Shown here: positions 32,280 through 46,056 of the stretch, one piece after another
Layout of the letters: every line of letters begins with the position of its first letter
Numbering within the stretch: the first letter of the stretch is position 1
Made by a program: the position numbers and the translations under genes
The notes under the pieces: generated by a model
Told to the model about the DNA's origin: nothing
The model's input: only the letters and a program-made list of their open reading frames with translations
The model's database searches: none
Source: Octopus vulgaris
Taxonomy: Eukaryota
Length of the DNA: 64,000 nucleotides
Direction of reading: 5' to 3'
Assembly (NCBI GenBank): GCA_951406725.2
Contig: OX597834.1
Location: 2,914,001 to 2,978,000 of the forward strand

Positions 32280-32614
32280 TATTTACAAAGGTCCATTTAA
32301 AAGAAAACAAGCAACACCAGTAACCTCAGTTGTTATTAATTAAATTCTTAATAAATTAATTATGAGTTGAAAACTTTGGAACCTCGTTCGGGCTCCAGCC
32401 TCCTTCAGATACTACAAACTCGACGTCAAACACATTCGACTATTCCTCTTCCTTTTTAATTATTTATTCCTTTATTCCTTCTTACTTCTACGATTGCTTA
32501 CTTTTCTCATTCGTCTGTCAATCTCCGTCTCTTTTTCTCTCTCTTGACGTAAATGTGTGTGTGGGTATGTGTGTGTGTGTGTTTGTGTGTGCGTGTGTGT
32601 GTGTGTGAGTGTAG

Positions 32615-32711
<97 letters not shown>

Positions 32712-33049
32712 TGTAGGTGTGTGTGTGTGTGTGTTTGTGTGTGCGTGCGTATATCGGCCGTCATGGCTGGGTGATTAAGAAATTCGCTTCGCCATATCTT
32801 GTGTTACTAGGTACGGCCTCTCGCCGTGCCTGATATCTTGGGCAAATTTGTATCACTGAGGCAACTTCGAAGTCACTATCAATATTTTTCTACTAGAAAA
32901 TATGTTCAACTCTAGTTTAATGTAGTCATTCATCCGTCCCATTATTGTTTTGTTGGGTTTTATTTTAAATACAACAATGAATTAATACAAACATATACAC
33001 ACCTACACATATACACACAGGTGCGCACACACACACCTATACATAGATA

Positions 33050-33095
<46 letters not shown>

Positions 33096-33144
33096 TATCT
33101 ATGTATAGGTGTATATATATATGTATATATATATATATATATAT

Positions 33145-33355
33145 CTTTTATGTTTTATCGTGTTCTTACTTCAGTCATTTCACTGCGGCCATGCTGGGGC
33201 ACCACCTTGAAGAGTCGAACAAATCGACAGTCAGACGTATCTTTTTTAAAAGCACAGCACTAATTCTTACGGTCGCTTTTGCTGAACCGCTAACTTACAG
33301 GGACGTAAACACGTCAACACCGGTTATCAAGCAGTGGTGGGGGACAAACACACAC
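33145..33355 (-). mobile_element. SINE family B, tail half
   Basis: ACTGCGGCCATGCTGGGGCACCACC...GAACCGCTAACTTAC. Confidence 0.75.
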
Positions 33356-33384
33356 ATACACACACACATATATATATATTTGAA

Positions 33385-33510
33385 TCTGCATGGCTCGGTG
33401 GTTAGAGCGTCGAGCTCACAATCATGAGAGAGTGAGTTCGATTCCTGGATAGGGCTGTGTGTTGTGTTCTTGAGCAAGACACTTTACTTCACGCTGTTCC
33501 TGTTCACTCA
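33385..33510 (+). mobile_element. SINE family C head
   Basis: TGGCTCGGTGGTTAGAGCG...GAGTTCGATTCC...CTTGAGCAAGACAC. Confidence 0.75.
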
Positions 33511-34559
33511 GAGAAAAGAAAAGAAATAGAAAGAGGGGTGGATACTTTTACCAATTAGCAGCCACTTCTACTACCATTCTGTTATTGAACGTTGATATGT
33601 TCGCGTCTTTTTCCTGGAATGTCTACCATATAAGGACTTTAACCCCCATGGATATGCGCAGGGGTTGCACCTAACAACTCATGCTTTGGATTCTATAATT
33701 TCGGAAAGTTGAACTTTGAACTTTTATGCCTCTTTTTTCTTCTCTCTTTCCATCTCCTTATTCTTTTACTCACTTCCTCTGTGTTATCATCTTATTGATA
33801 TACGCCATTCTCATTGTCCATATTTTCCATTTTCAATATAAGGAGTTATTTTGGAAAAGGAAGGAAATAAGGAGTATACAGGAAAATAGGAGAGCTGAAT
33901 GTAGAAATAAAATGATATAAAGATATTATAGTTGCAGTTCTATTATACAAGGAAAGCGGTGGGGGGGGGTTAGAAATGCTTCTTTTCCGTGGTTTGTAAA
34001 TTCCGATAGGAGTTCATATTTTGTCATTACCAATGGAAAGTGTGGAGATGTAGATTCCGTGTGCTTGGGGGTCTTTGGGTGTGAATGAAAATTTGAGAAT
34101 ATAGTGGTAGTATTAAGTGAACAGAGAGGGGAGAAGAAATGTGTATGTTAAAATGAGGAGAGAGGTCAAAAGGAAAAGGTGAGGAAAGAAGAAGGAAAGA
34201 AAGAGGAAGAGAAAATGAAAACAAGAGAAATGAGAAAAAAAGAGCGAAAGAAAATGAAAAAAAGTGAAAAAGTGAAGGGAAGAATACAAATAATGGCCAT
34301 ACAAAACCCGCATTAGACTCCTCGCTCGAATCATAGCACTTCCATAGCATTACCTGCCACCTTGGGTCTTCTGGATATCAATACCTCTCATAGCCACTCC
34401 TACCAACATTCTTACTATAAATTCTCCCTATGACCTTAAACGATACTAAGTCCAACCACACACATACATAAACAGCCACAAACACACACACACACACACA
34501 AACACACACGCACGCACATACCTGCGCATACACACACATACCTCCTTCTCTTGGACTCT

Positions 34560-34820
34560 CCTGTCTTTGAAAGAACTTTTTCTTCGCCCATTCCCTTCCG
34601 TTCATTTCAATATGTGACCGCGTGTGTATCGTTGGCGATTTTCTTTCTCCGTCTTCCTTTCTTTGGACTTTTCCTATATTTCTGACGAAGAGCTCCGCTC
34701 GAAACCTGAAATCCTCTTTCTTTTCTTTCCTTTCCTGAGAGTCCAATAACACTGTACTTGTTCCACGTCCTCGCGTTGTTGTTGTTGTTTTTTTGCTTGT
34801 TCATGTTTGGATTAACTATA
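34560..34820 (+). mobile_element. Penelope-like terminal fragment with a hammerhead motif
   Basis: ATTT-CTGACGA-AGAGC-TCC-GCTC-GAAAC-CTG-AAAT at 34678-34712; ends at (TA)n. Confidence 0.62.
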
Positions 34821-35838
34821 TATATATTCAAATACACACCGACACATATATATGTGTGTATGTGTGTGTATATGTATAGGTATAGAGACAGAGAGAGTGA
34901 GAGAGAGACAGAGTGAGAGAGAGAGAGATGCGCACTCGTAGCGGTGTGTTGTACACACCCACAAAAAGATAAGCTGATGGCTAGATCCGTTCATTCATAG
35001 TTACTTGGCTGTCGTAAGAGGTAACGATAAAATTCCTTCTTTCTAAAGTCATTCCTTGTTGGTAATTGGTGCCGGAGAAGAAGCGAACAGGATATTCGGT
35101 TATGAGAGTATTCAGACAATTCTAAGAGTGTTTGTCAGTCAAACACCCCATACTCTCCACCCGTGGGTTATGCACTAGCGTGGCCACGCTCTGATGCAGT
35201 GATCCAACTGCACATAGGCTGCCAGTTGTCCAAAGCATGAAAGCAAATATTGTTTTTTGTTGATTTTGATAATTCTGAAGACGATAACAGCTTCTAACGG
35301 AAATGGTAGATTAGTGCATTTCCTCCAACAATTTTAATTTATTCATTTAAGTCACTAAAAAAAGACTGATAAACGAATTCTCTTAAAGTTCTTTTATTTT
35401 AGAATTTGGTATTTTAAGACGTTTAACTGGAATTAACCTTAAAGTTGTTTTCTATCTTCACAAACAATAAAAAATTACCCAAAGAATTTAAGAATTTTGC
35501 CGGTGATATATTTATTAGCGACAGAGGCAGTGTTTATAGCGAGGGAGTAATATTTATTCTCCTTTAAACGTGGATGTTCTGTCTGAACAAAGCCTACTGC
35601 GGTAAATATCATGAGAGAGACTCTCATCTACGCTTTCTTATGCAAAATGGACGCTGGTTTATATCGCTGGCGGCAAATCCCAACCGACTCCAGCACCGGG
35701 AACACCAGATCACGTTATTTCGACTTCTTTGGTTTCATTGGTGATGGATGTTCGACCGCTAGAGATAGTAGTGACTCATCTCTCCGCCTGAAGAGACGCT
35801 GGTGACGCGATTTGTCAGTTAACTTGTTAAAAGATATA

Positions 35839-36076
35839 CAGGGTTGGCCAAAAGTCACCTGACATTAAATAAAAGCCATTTAATTCCAAGATTAAAACAA
35901 GAAATTATTTTATATGAGACTTTACTAATAAATAGACAAATGTTGAAAAAAAAACGGTGATTCTAACTCACAGGATTCAATCATTAAACATTCATAATTG
36001 GAATGAATAAATAAAATTGAATATTAAGTATTTATGAAATATTGATTTAGTGTCGGGTGACTTTTGGCCAACCCTC
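35839..36076. mobile_element. Tc1/mariner-type MITE (~238 bp)
   Basis: ~32 bp TIRs CAGGGTTGGCCAAAAGTCACCTGACATTAAAT / ATTTAGTGTCGGGTGACTTTTGGCCAACCCTC, flanked by TA. Confidence 0.9.
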
Positions 36077-36126
36077 TACATTAGCGACAGAAGCAGTTTT
36101 TAACGCCGAGAGGTAATATTTATCCG

Positions 36127-36259
36127 CACTCTGCCGAAGCCGACTTTGCCTTTCATCCATTTAGGGTCGATAAATTAAGTACCAGTTGCGTACTGGGGTC
36201 GATCTAATCGACTTGTCCCCTCCGCAAAAATTCCGGGCCTTCTGCCTCGAGTGGAAAGG
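36127..36259 (+). mobile_element. SINE family A, 5'-truncated, with target-site duplication
   Basis: Family A core flanked by the direct repeat AATATTTATCCG (36115-36126 and 36260-36271). Confidence 0.82.
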
Positions 36260-36700
36260 AATATTTATCCGTACTTAAAATGGTTGTTCTGTTAGAACGG
36301 ACTTCATCGATGTGATGTGTTTTTCGGGAGAAACAGTTTATATTTAAATGTTAAGACGATACCCGCTGTTGACCTGGAATTAAAGCATTCAGACGTTAGC
36401 TAATTAGTTGGATTATAAAATCAGATTAATAATCAATACAATTAATGTTTCAATATATTGTTTGTATTATTTGTAGCAGTGGTTTTTTCGTGGTTGCTTT
36501 GGTTTCTCACATTTTATTTGCGTTTTAATAACTCACATAAAAGAAAAGGAAATATATACACATATTGAATGTATACATGTGTGTGTGTATGAGTGAGGAT
36601 ACACACATATATATATAGATATAGATATGTATGTAGATATGTATATATGTATATATATTTATATATATATATATATATACATGTGTATATATATATATAC

Positions 36701-36760
<60 letters not shown>

Positions 36761-36844
36761 ATATATGTACAATGTATACATGTGTGTGTGTATGAGTGAG
36801 GATACACACATATATATAGATATAGATATGTATGTAGATATGTA

Positions 36845-36880
<36 letters not shown>

Positions 36881-36966
36881 CATATATATGTACATACATA
36901 TCTACATACATATCTATATCTATATATATATGTGTGTATCCTCACTCATACACACACACATGTATA

Positions 36967-37039
<73 letters not shown>

Positions 37040-37090
37040 CACATGTATATATATATATATATATATATAAATATATATACATATATATAT

Positions 37091-37168
<78 letters not shown>

Positions 37169-37177
37169 GCACACACA

Positions 37178-38075
37178 CGAGGGTGTACTTAAAAGAAACC
37201 GGAATTTTGCAATATCATTTCATTCACTTAGCTTAACATGTTTACCCTTTTATCGCCTTCAAAGTATTCTCCATTTGAAGCAATGCATCGGTCCAGACGC
37301 GTTTTCCACCGTTCGAAGCAGTCCTGGAACTCTTGCCAAGTGATGCCTTTTAACGCTTCCGTGGGTTTTTTTCTTCACCTCTTCCACATCTTCACATTCC
37401 GTATCACCAGCTTTCGTCACCAGTGATGACCTTCGGAAAAAGGTTCGGATCAACTTCCAACAGTTCTTTCAGTTCACGACACGCATTCAGCCGTGACTGC
37501 TTTTGATCTTCGGTGAGCAAACGAGACACAAGTTTTGCTGCGACTCTTTTCATTCATAATTCCTCGCTGAAAATTCGTTGGTAGGTGCTCCAGGACACAG
37601 CAGTGATATCAACAAGTCCGTCAATTGTTCGGTGATGGTCCTCCAGGATCAGTTCATGAATTTTCATGATGTTTTTACTCTTTCGGGAGGTCGACGGTCG
37701 CCCTGAACGAGGATGGTCTTCAAGCGAAAAGGGACCATTCCTAAATCGTGGAAACCACTCGTAAATTCGTGTTTTGCTAATGGCAGCGTTCTTGTAAGCT
37801 GTCTGAAGCATGGCAACTGTTTCGGCTGCCATTTTCCCAGCAGAAAACAAAATTTCATGGGAGCAAGCTGTTCCTTCGTGTCAGATGTTGCAAAAATCGA
37901 CGAACAGGAGAGATACATTGCAAAACAAAGACGCACCACGACGCAGTACGACACCAGTCGACGACGCCGACTGATGCCTGAGGGTCGCATCAAGTGGCTT
38001 ATAGTGGCGGAAGTCTTGACTTCAACGGGTTTGTCCCACAGAGAACGTTTTCGGTTACTTTTGTGTACACCCTTG
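37178..38075 (-). mobile_element. Internally deleted mariner element
   Basis: TIR-like ends CGAGGGTGTACTTAAAAG / CTTTTGTGTACACCCTTG. Transposase remnants AAETVAMLQTAY, RIYEWF, PRSGRPSTS, ITGDESW and C-terminal RCIASNGEYFEGD; the middle of the catalytic domain is deleted. Confidence 0.9.
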
Positions 38076-38387
38076 TATATAGAATTATTAGCAACGGAAA
38101 TAGTATTAATATCAAAAGCAAATTTGCATCCAACTTAACGTGGCTGATTAGTAAGAACACCGAATACTGCGTTGTACCCCGTCATTAGGACATTTCATAT
38201 GGACGCTTGAATGCGTCAAAACATGCATGCATCCATATGAGAGTTCCTCACAAGGGGTGGCTGGTTAGCGCAGTATTTGGAGTTCTAAGAAAATACCCAC
38301 GTTAAGTTGGATATAAGGATTGCCTTTGACATATATATAATTTACTGACACAAATACACACACACACATGTTCACACACATACACAA

Positions 38388-38444
<57 letters not shown>

Positions 38445-38536
38445 TGTATATATACAGGTATATATATGTATGTGTATATGTATATATGTATATATATATA
38501 TATATGTGTGTGTATATATACGTATATGCATATGTA

Positions 38537-38585
<49 letters not shown>

Positions 38586-38587
38586 AT

Positions 38588-38895
38588 AACTAAAGATAAA
38601 ATCGTTAGTTAAAATACCGATCTTATCAAGTGGTCTGCATGGGAATACAAATCTCAAAAGGTAATAACTGTTATTGAAAATTATAAATTAGGGTATCTAA
38701 GAGATACCACCATGCTAGAAATATCAGCCAAAACCTGACTCTAAAACCACATTAAATGTTCATATAGCACCAGGAGAGAAGACAAAAAGAGAAAATAAAC
38801 TAGCAAAAAAATTACTGGATAATTCCTGATCCCGGATTTCTGGATCTGCATAAGAAATGCTTTGCCTTCATCAGTGGGATATACGCAGATAGCAC

Positions 38896-38951
<56 letters not shown>

Positions 38952-39250
38952 ATGTATGTATGTATGTATGCAACATACGAATATGTATTTATACGACCGT
39001 AAACATACATATATATATGCACGTATGCACACGACCAGTTTACCTAGTTTTTGTCTTCTCTTCTGGTGCTGTACGAACATTTAATGTGGTTTTAGAGTCA
39101 AGTTTTGGTTGCTATTTCTAGCATGATGGTATCTCTTAGATACCCTTAATTATATTTTTAATAATAATTATTACCTTTTGAGGGTTTTTTTCCTATGCTG
39201 GCCACCTGATAAGATCGGAATTTTAAATAACGATGTTATCTTTATCTATA
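38588..39250. repeat. ~200 bp imperfect inverted repeat pair (38588-38790 / 39045-39250), Penelope-terminus-like
   Basis: The arms are reverse complements (e.g. GGGTATCTAAGAGATACCACCATGCTAGAAAT vs ATTTCTAGCATGATGGTATCTCTTAGATACCC). A minus-strand CTGATGA...GAAA motif lies at 38825-38875. Confidence 0.8.
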
Positions 39251-39403
39251 TAAATTTATATATTTATTTCGTCATTACATTCACTGCGGTGCTATTTTGA
39301 CCATATCGCACAAGGAGTTTTAGGCGGGCAATTTAAACTGGTCGTGTGCATACGTGCATATATATGTATGTATACGTTCGTATATGTAAGTATTCGTTTG
39401 TTG

Positions 39404-39434
<31 letters not shown>

Positions 39435-39610
39435 GTGCTATATGCGTATATATATATGTATGTATATGTATGTATACATACATATATCAGCGTGATCAGC
39501 GTGACCGACCAGGCTATCAGATGTTACTACACATCGCTGGTCACAATGCACTTTGCATTGTTTTGGCCTTCAAATGACGCCACCCCGCTGGCTAAGCGAG
39601 CAGGTCAACA

Positions 39611-39678
<68 letters not shown>

Positions 39679-39923
39679 TAGATATACATATATATGTATA
39701 TATGTATACATATATATATGTGTATATATATATATATATAATTTACTGACACATATACACACACATGTATACACACAAACACACTTACATATATATATGT
39801 GTATATATATATATGTACATGTGTGTGCTAAAATTTACCGTGTAACGGTCCTGTTTTCATAACCGAATTCTACTTGGAGAAATTTATTGATTACTTCTTA
39901 ATTAATTAATTTTACCCTTTGTT

Positions 39924-39967
<44 letters not shown>

Positions 39968-39994
39968 TATGCATATATATATATATATATATGT

Positions 39995-40058
<64 letters not shown>

Positions 40059-40087
40059 ATGTATGTATGCATATATATATATATATG

Positions 40088-40143
<56 letters not shown>

Positions 40144-40179
40144 ATGTATGTATATGTATGTATGCATATATATATATGC

Positions 40180-40250
<71 letters not shown>

Positions 40251-40821
40251 GGCTGAGCAATGAAGAAGACTCCTACCTCAGTGCCCATTGTTGAATTTTA
40301 TATGGAAATTTTTCTTTCTAATTTCTATGTTTGTTACATGACAGAAACGCGTTCAGATTTCAATGATTATCTTCAATGGCGTTATTTCCTCTAATGACGT
40401 TCTCTCAATACGGCAGAGAAGTGGCGGGGAGTGGGGGGGGGATGGAGTTCTGCAGATTAAAGGTTATTCTGAGAGAAAATATGGCTTATCACTTGTGGGA
40501 AACTTGTCTGTATTATTGACAACACCAAACAGGAATCATAGTGTACAAATCGAAATGTCACAAGATTTGAAAAACAGTGTAAAAGCGGTCTTGAATTACC
40601 TGTAGCAGTTGCTAATTGCCGTGTTTCATGTCGACTTTGCTAAAATATAAATATTGCGATGTGCTGTTCGTTAATTCATCAACGAAAGGTTCTGGAAATG
40701 CTTAAGGAAGGATAGGAAGGTTGATAATAGTTGAGAAATCAGTAATAGGGTTTCGTTTCTGGTTTCCGTTTTTTTTTAATTATTATTAGGCTGTACGACC
40801 TCCGTTGTGAGTTGTGGTAGG

Positions 40822-41060
40822 TAAAGGTTACCTTCTCGAATCATGCCGACTCATAAGGGTCGCTTTCTATGGGGTCTAAATTCCCCCATCTGGACAGGAC
40901 ACCGGTCGTTCCCAGGATTGTTCACTGTTGCCAGCCGAGTGAACTGGGGAAACGTGAAATGAAGTGTTTTACTCAGGAACACAAGCCATCACCCGGTCCA
41001 GGAATCGAAACCACAATCTTACGATCGTGAGTCCAGCGCCCCTTACCACTAAGCCACACA
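40822..41060 (-). mobile_element. SINE family C-related
   Basis: AACGTGAAATGAAGTG...GGAATCGAAACCAC...ACCACTAAGCCAC. Confidence 0.72.
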
Positions 41061-41279
41061 TCTCTATAGTGAGTTGTGAGGTTCACTACTCCCTTCTTTG
41101 AGCAGTTCTTTTCTTGCAGGCTCCCACAGAGTCCCTTCCCGTAGCTGCTGTGCCAAGGTGCGTCTCACGGATTCTTTGGCATGCCACGTCAGTAATGTCT
41201 CTGGGGTCTCAGGGTGTTTCGGGTCTTTCAACATCCGAGCAGTAACTGGGCAAAACTGACAACGTAATTCAATTGTGTG

Positions 41280-41480
41280 TATCTTTTATCGTCTTTTATT
41301 CGCTTCCGTCATTGGACTGCAGCCATGCTGGGGCATTGCCTTGAAGGGTTTCAGTCGCACAAATCAACTCCACTACTTATTTTCGATTCTGGTATTTATT
41401 CTATAGGTGCCATCTGTTGAACCGATAAGTTACTAGAATGTAAACAAACCAATAACGGCGCTTGTGGATGACAAACATAA
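41280..41480 (-). mobile_element. SINE family B, tail half
   Basis: GACTGCAGCCATGCTGGGGCA...GAACCGATAAGTTAC. Confidence 0.72.
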
Positions 41481-41518
41481 GCACAAGGCACACACACACC
41501 CGCGCATATATACATGTG

Positions 41519-41559
<41 letters not shown>

Positions 41560-42983
41560 GTGTGTGCGTATAAGATCCAAGGATCAAGGTGTAGGAAGAA
41601 AGTTAGCTTCGAGCAATCTGTAGCAAATATATAAAAAACAACTTTCAGGACCAAAAGTGATTTATTGAGACGGAAGGTTGTGGATTTGCTTCGTATCGAA
41701 GTACGATAAACTGTCAAAAATTATTTTTACATTTCACGGTAAGCGACCAGGTCTGCCGGGTGAGCGAATAAGAATACAAGAGTTACGGAATGGAGTAGAT
41801 AAGATCCGGGCAGCATAAGTTTCATAACAAGCGGAACCTCAGAAGTGGTAAATATCCAAGCGAAGGGTATGCCGCAGGTTTACTCTTCAGGCCAAGGGTA
41901 TCTTGATTAAATGAAAGTTTACATTGTCGCAAGAAGGTATATGTTATTACGTTGAAGATTCTACCCCACCCCACCCCTCGATACACACACACACACCCAC
42001 ACACACACACACACTTCTGAGCAACAAACTTTTTCCAGCCGCCGTTTTTCCGAATGTCCTAAAGAAGGGGTCTTCACCCCGAAATATAGAAGCACAAGGT
42101 ATATATATATATCAACCCAAATCCCTTACAGGGCATATGTCACACATTACCTTCAAATGGGTTGATATCTGAACCATTCCGATTAACAATTCCTGCTCGG
42201 AATACAACGTGATTGCTTCCACTGACAACCAAAAGTTGCATTAATTAATTTTATTTATTTATTAACGGTTAATTACTACGCTAATGAGTGCAAAAGACAG
42301 AATATATCAATAAAGTAGAATAATTTAACAAAGTTGAAATACTTGAATGCATAAGAGATCGATACACCCGGTTGATATTGATTTGTCAAGTGTTCAGCAT
42401 TTGATTTACGCACCTGAGAAAAATGGCCATCTTTTCTCCCATTTATTTCTAGTTGGATACTTTCTGCGACCATGTTCACCGCAAAACCACTTCCAGGTAC
42501 CAAATGCCTGAATATGTTTCTGCTGGATGTCGTCTATGTAACAGCAATTTAGCATAGGAATATATTATAATCGTATCGCTTTCTTCAGCAGCAAGTTCAA
42601 CACTCTGGCTTGTGGCACTGTTTCTGCCAAATCTACCGTTTAGTCTCTGGTAGTCTGCTATTCCTGATAAATTTGAGGCTTGAGAATACAAGAGAAAAAA
42701 AGTCATCTGCGTTTCGTGTGTCAATTGTTATACCAGGTAATATTACTTCCCTCTACAATATACCGTTTGTGTATAAATATAAATATATAAATATACGATA
42801 ATATGTGTGTCTATATAGAGAATGGGGAGGGGCAGCCAAACAGACAGACAGGTTGAGAGACAGACAGATAGATAGATAGATAGATAGATGATAGATAGAT
42901 AGACAGATAGATAGAAAAATAGATAGATAGAGATAAGGAGACTGATAGATGGATAGACAGATAGATAGATAGATAGATAGATT

Positions 42984-43053
<70 letters not shown>

Positions 43054-43114
43054 CAGACAGAGATAAGGAGAGTGATTTAGAGAGAGACAGACAGACTGAT
43101 AGATGGATAGACAG

Positions 43115-43175
<61 letters not shown>

Positions 43176-43483
43176 TAGATAGATAGACAGAGGTTGGATG
43201 TATACATACATACAGTCATACCTACGTATGTATACAGTGGTTCAATGCCTGGAATGCACTGATGCACCCCTCCTAAAATAGATAGCACCAGCTGAAACAT
43301 GATATATATCTATCTATTCTACACCCATCCCACGCCACCCGACTCCCCCTCCCCCACATCCACCCATATCGTTAAGAGATTCAGCTTGGTCGATGATGTG
43401 ACGAGTCTGCTATTCGAAACACGAACCTTCCCGCTTCGTAATCAATAGAAAGTGATTACGTGAATTACGATATGTGAGTGTGG

Positions 43484-43537
<54 letters not shown>

Positions 43538-43956
43538 TGTTTGGGTGTGTGTGTGTCGTTACACACATTGTGTGTGCGTGTATATATATATATATCGACA
43601 TACTCACAAATATATATATATATATATAAGTGTGTGTGTGTGCGTGTACGTGTATATATATATATATATATACATTTATAAGACAGACAGACTGGTAGAT
43701 AGACATGTACATATGTACCTATGCAAGTATGTATGCATGTTCACATAATTATATACATACATTCGTATGTACATACATACGTACGTATGTATACATATGT
43801 ATATATACTCCCACGCACATACATACATGCTTATGTGTATATAAATGCATATATTCATATATATACATATGTATATATGCGTGTATATATATATGTACAT
43901 ATGTATGTAAATATATATATATACATATATATATATATGTGTGTGTGTGTGTGTAT

Positions 43957-44012
<56 letters not shown>

Positions 44013-44013
44013 G

Positions 44014-44061
<48 letters not shown>

Positions 44062-44109
44062 TGCATTTATTTATAGGTAACACACACATGCACTCACAGT
44101 CACACACAC

Positions 44110-44660
44110 AGGGGTTGTATCGATAGTAATTGCAAAAATGGTTATAAATTTCTTTAGTGACACAGATCATTGCAGTTCCACATTTTGATAAAGTCTTCTT
44201 CTAAGCAAAGTTACAACTCGGTGTCGTCTCCATGAGAAACGATCCACTGACGCCAACTTTGAACCCAATGTGGTTGCCATGGTGAGAAGTAACCGTCAGC
44301 TTTCAAATCTGAAGAACTTGCAGCTTTTTATAATCCGAGATATTGTGATAGATATTGTAGGATAGTAATTAAGGATTTGCATTCTTTCTCCAGGATCCCG
44401 AGTTCAGCCATACTCTGCTCCAGGCGGGTCGGTATGTAATCCCGTTGCTCCAATGATAATAGGTATGAAGCTGAAAGTGTATGTTGGGTGTTGGATTTGC
44501 AAACTTCTTATCGACGGTCCATAGATGCCCACTTCCTCTTGTGTCTTTCTAACTACATTCCTGTCCAAAGAGAAGCTCATTTCTACAATAGAACCAAACC
44601 CTCACAATGATATTTGGCTGGTTGTGTTTTAATTTGGTGACCAATATTCTTTTGATCCAT
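44110..44660 (-). mobile_element. Degenerate RLE-type non-LTR retrotransposon remnant
   Basis: Minus strand reads YGPSIRSLQIQHPTYTFSFIPIIIGATG, similar to the RLE C-terminal P(I/V)IIGA.G motif. Confidence 0.55.
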
Positions 44661-44944
44661 CGATCTCAATATGACCAACTTCGTCTATAGATATTTTCTT
44701 TTTTTTACGATTGTATGTATGTATACAACTAAGTATATATGAGTATACACGCATATCTTTAAATGGTGTAGAATCTGAAAAATTCTTTCTTCCCGTTCGG
44801 TGTCTTTCGGTATTTTGGCAGAGACACGTTTAATTATTCAGTCTTTGTTAATCTCTTTAAGTGGTTAATACTATGTCCAGACGTATTAAGGTGGCTCTGT
44901 GAGGCCCAGGGGTGTCTGGTTTACACACACACGCACCACATAAT

Positions 44945-44987
<43 letters not shown>

Positions 44988-44991
44988 GATA

Positions 44992-45022
<31 letters not shown>

Positions 45023-45069
45023 GTATATATACATACATACACACACACACGCGCATATATATATATATA

Positions 45070-45286
45070 TATTCTTTTATTCTTTTACTTGTTTCAGTAA
45101 TTTGACTGTGACCAAGCTGGAGCACCGCCTTAAAGGGTGTTAGTCAAAGACATCGACTCCAGTACTTACTGTTTGTTAGCCTAGTACTTATTCTACCGGT
45201 CTTGTGCCGAACCGCTAAGTTACGAGGGCATAAACACACCAGCATTGGTTGTCAAGCCATGACGGAGGGATAAACACACACACAAA

Positions 45287-45319
<33 letters not shown>

Positions 45320-45460
45320 GACGGGCTTCTTCCAGTTTCCGTCTACCAAATACACTCATAAAGCCTTGGTCGGACCGAGGCTATAGTAGAAGAATCTTGC
45401 TCCAGGTGCCACGCAGTGGGACTGAACCCGGAACCATGAGGTTGGAAGATATGCTAAGTG
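45070..45460 (-). mobile_element. SINE family B, full-length
   Basis: Same architecture as 58735-59132. Confidence 0.85.
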
Positions 45461-45842
45461 ACAGAGAAACGCGCTCGCGCGCGCACACACTCTTGCGCTC
45501 GCACACATACGAGTGTGCCAGTGTGTCCATAGAAGTATTCCATCCATTTTGTAAACTATTTCAAAGAAATTTCATAAAACAGCCGGAATATAGCATAAAC
45601 CAATTATTTCCTCTTAACACATCTCTCACGAAGAATGTTATTCTTCACTATTTACCATAAAAATGAAGTCGGTTGGGCGCTTTTAAAATCACGGCGCTAT
45701 TCTACACACCAGACACAATATAAACTTTTTTTAATATGTATTTTATTCTATCCAAAAAATCGTTTTCCGGGCAGATGCCTGATCTGCCTCATCGGAAGTT
45801 TGGTGAATCTTCGATCTAAAGTATGATGGTAAAACAAAATCC

Positions 45843-46050
45843 TATGGCAGCATCGCTAGCACACCTGACAAGATGCTTAGCGGCATTTCGTCCATATTTA
45901 TGTTCTGAGTTCTAATTCTTCCTACGTCAACTTTGCATTTTATTCTTTCAGGGTCGATAAGTTAAGTACCAATTGGACACAGGGGTCGATGTAATTGACT
46001 TAGTCCTCCCGCCGAAATTGCTGGCCGCGCGCCAAAACCCCAAACCAATA
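45843..46050 (+). mobile_element. SINE family A
   Basis: TGGCAGCATCGCTAGCAC...GAGTTCTAATTC...GGGTCGATAAGTTAAGTACC. Confidence 0.8.
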
Positions 46051-46056
46051 TAAAAA

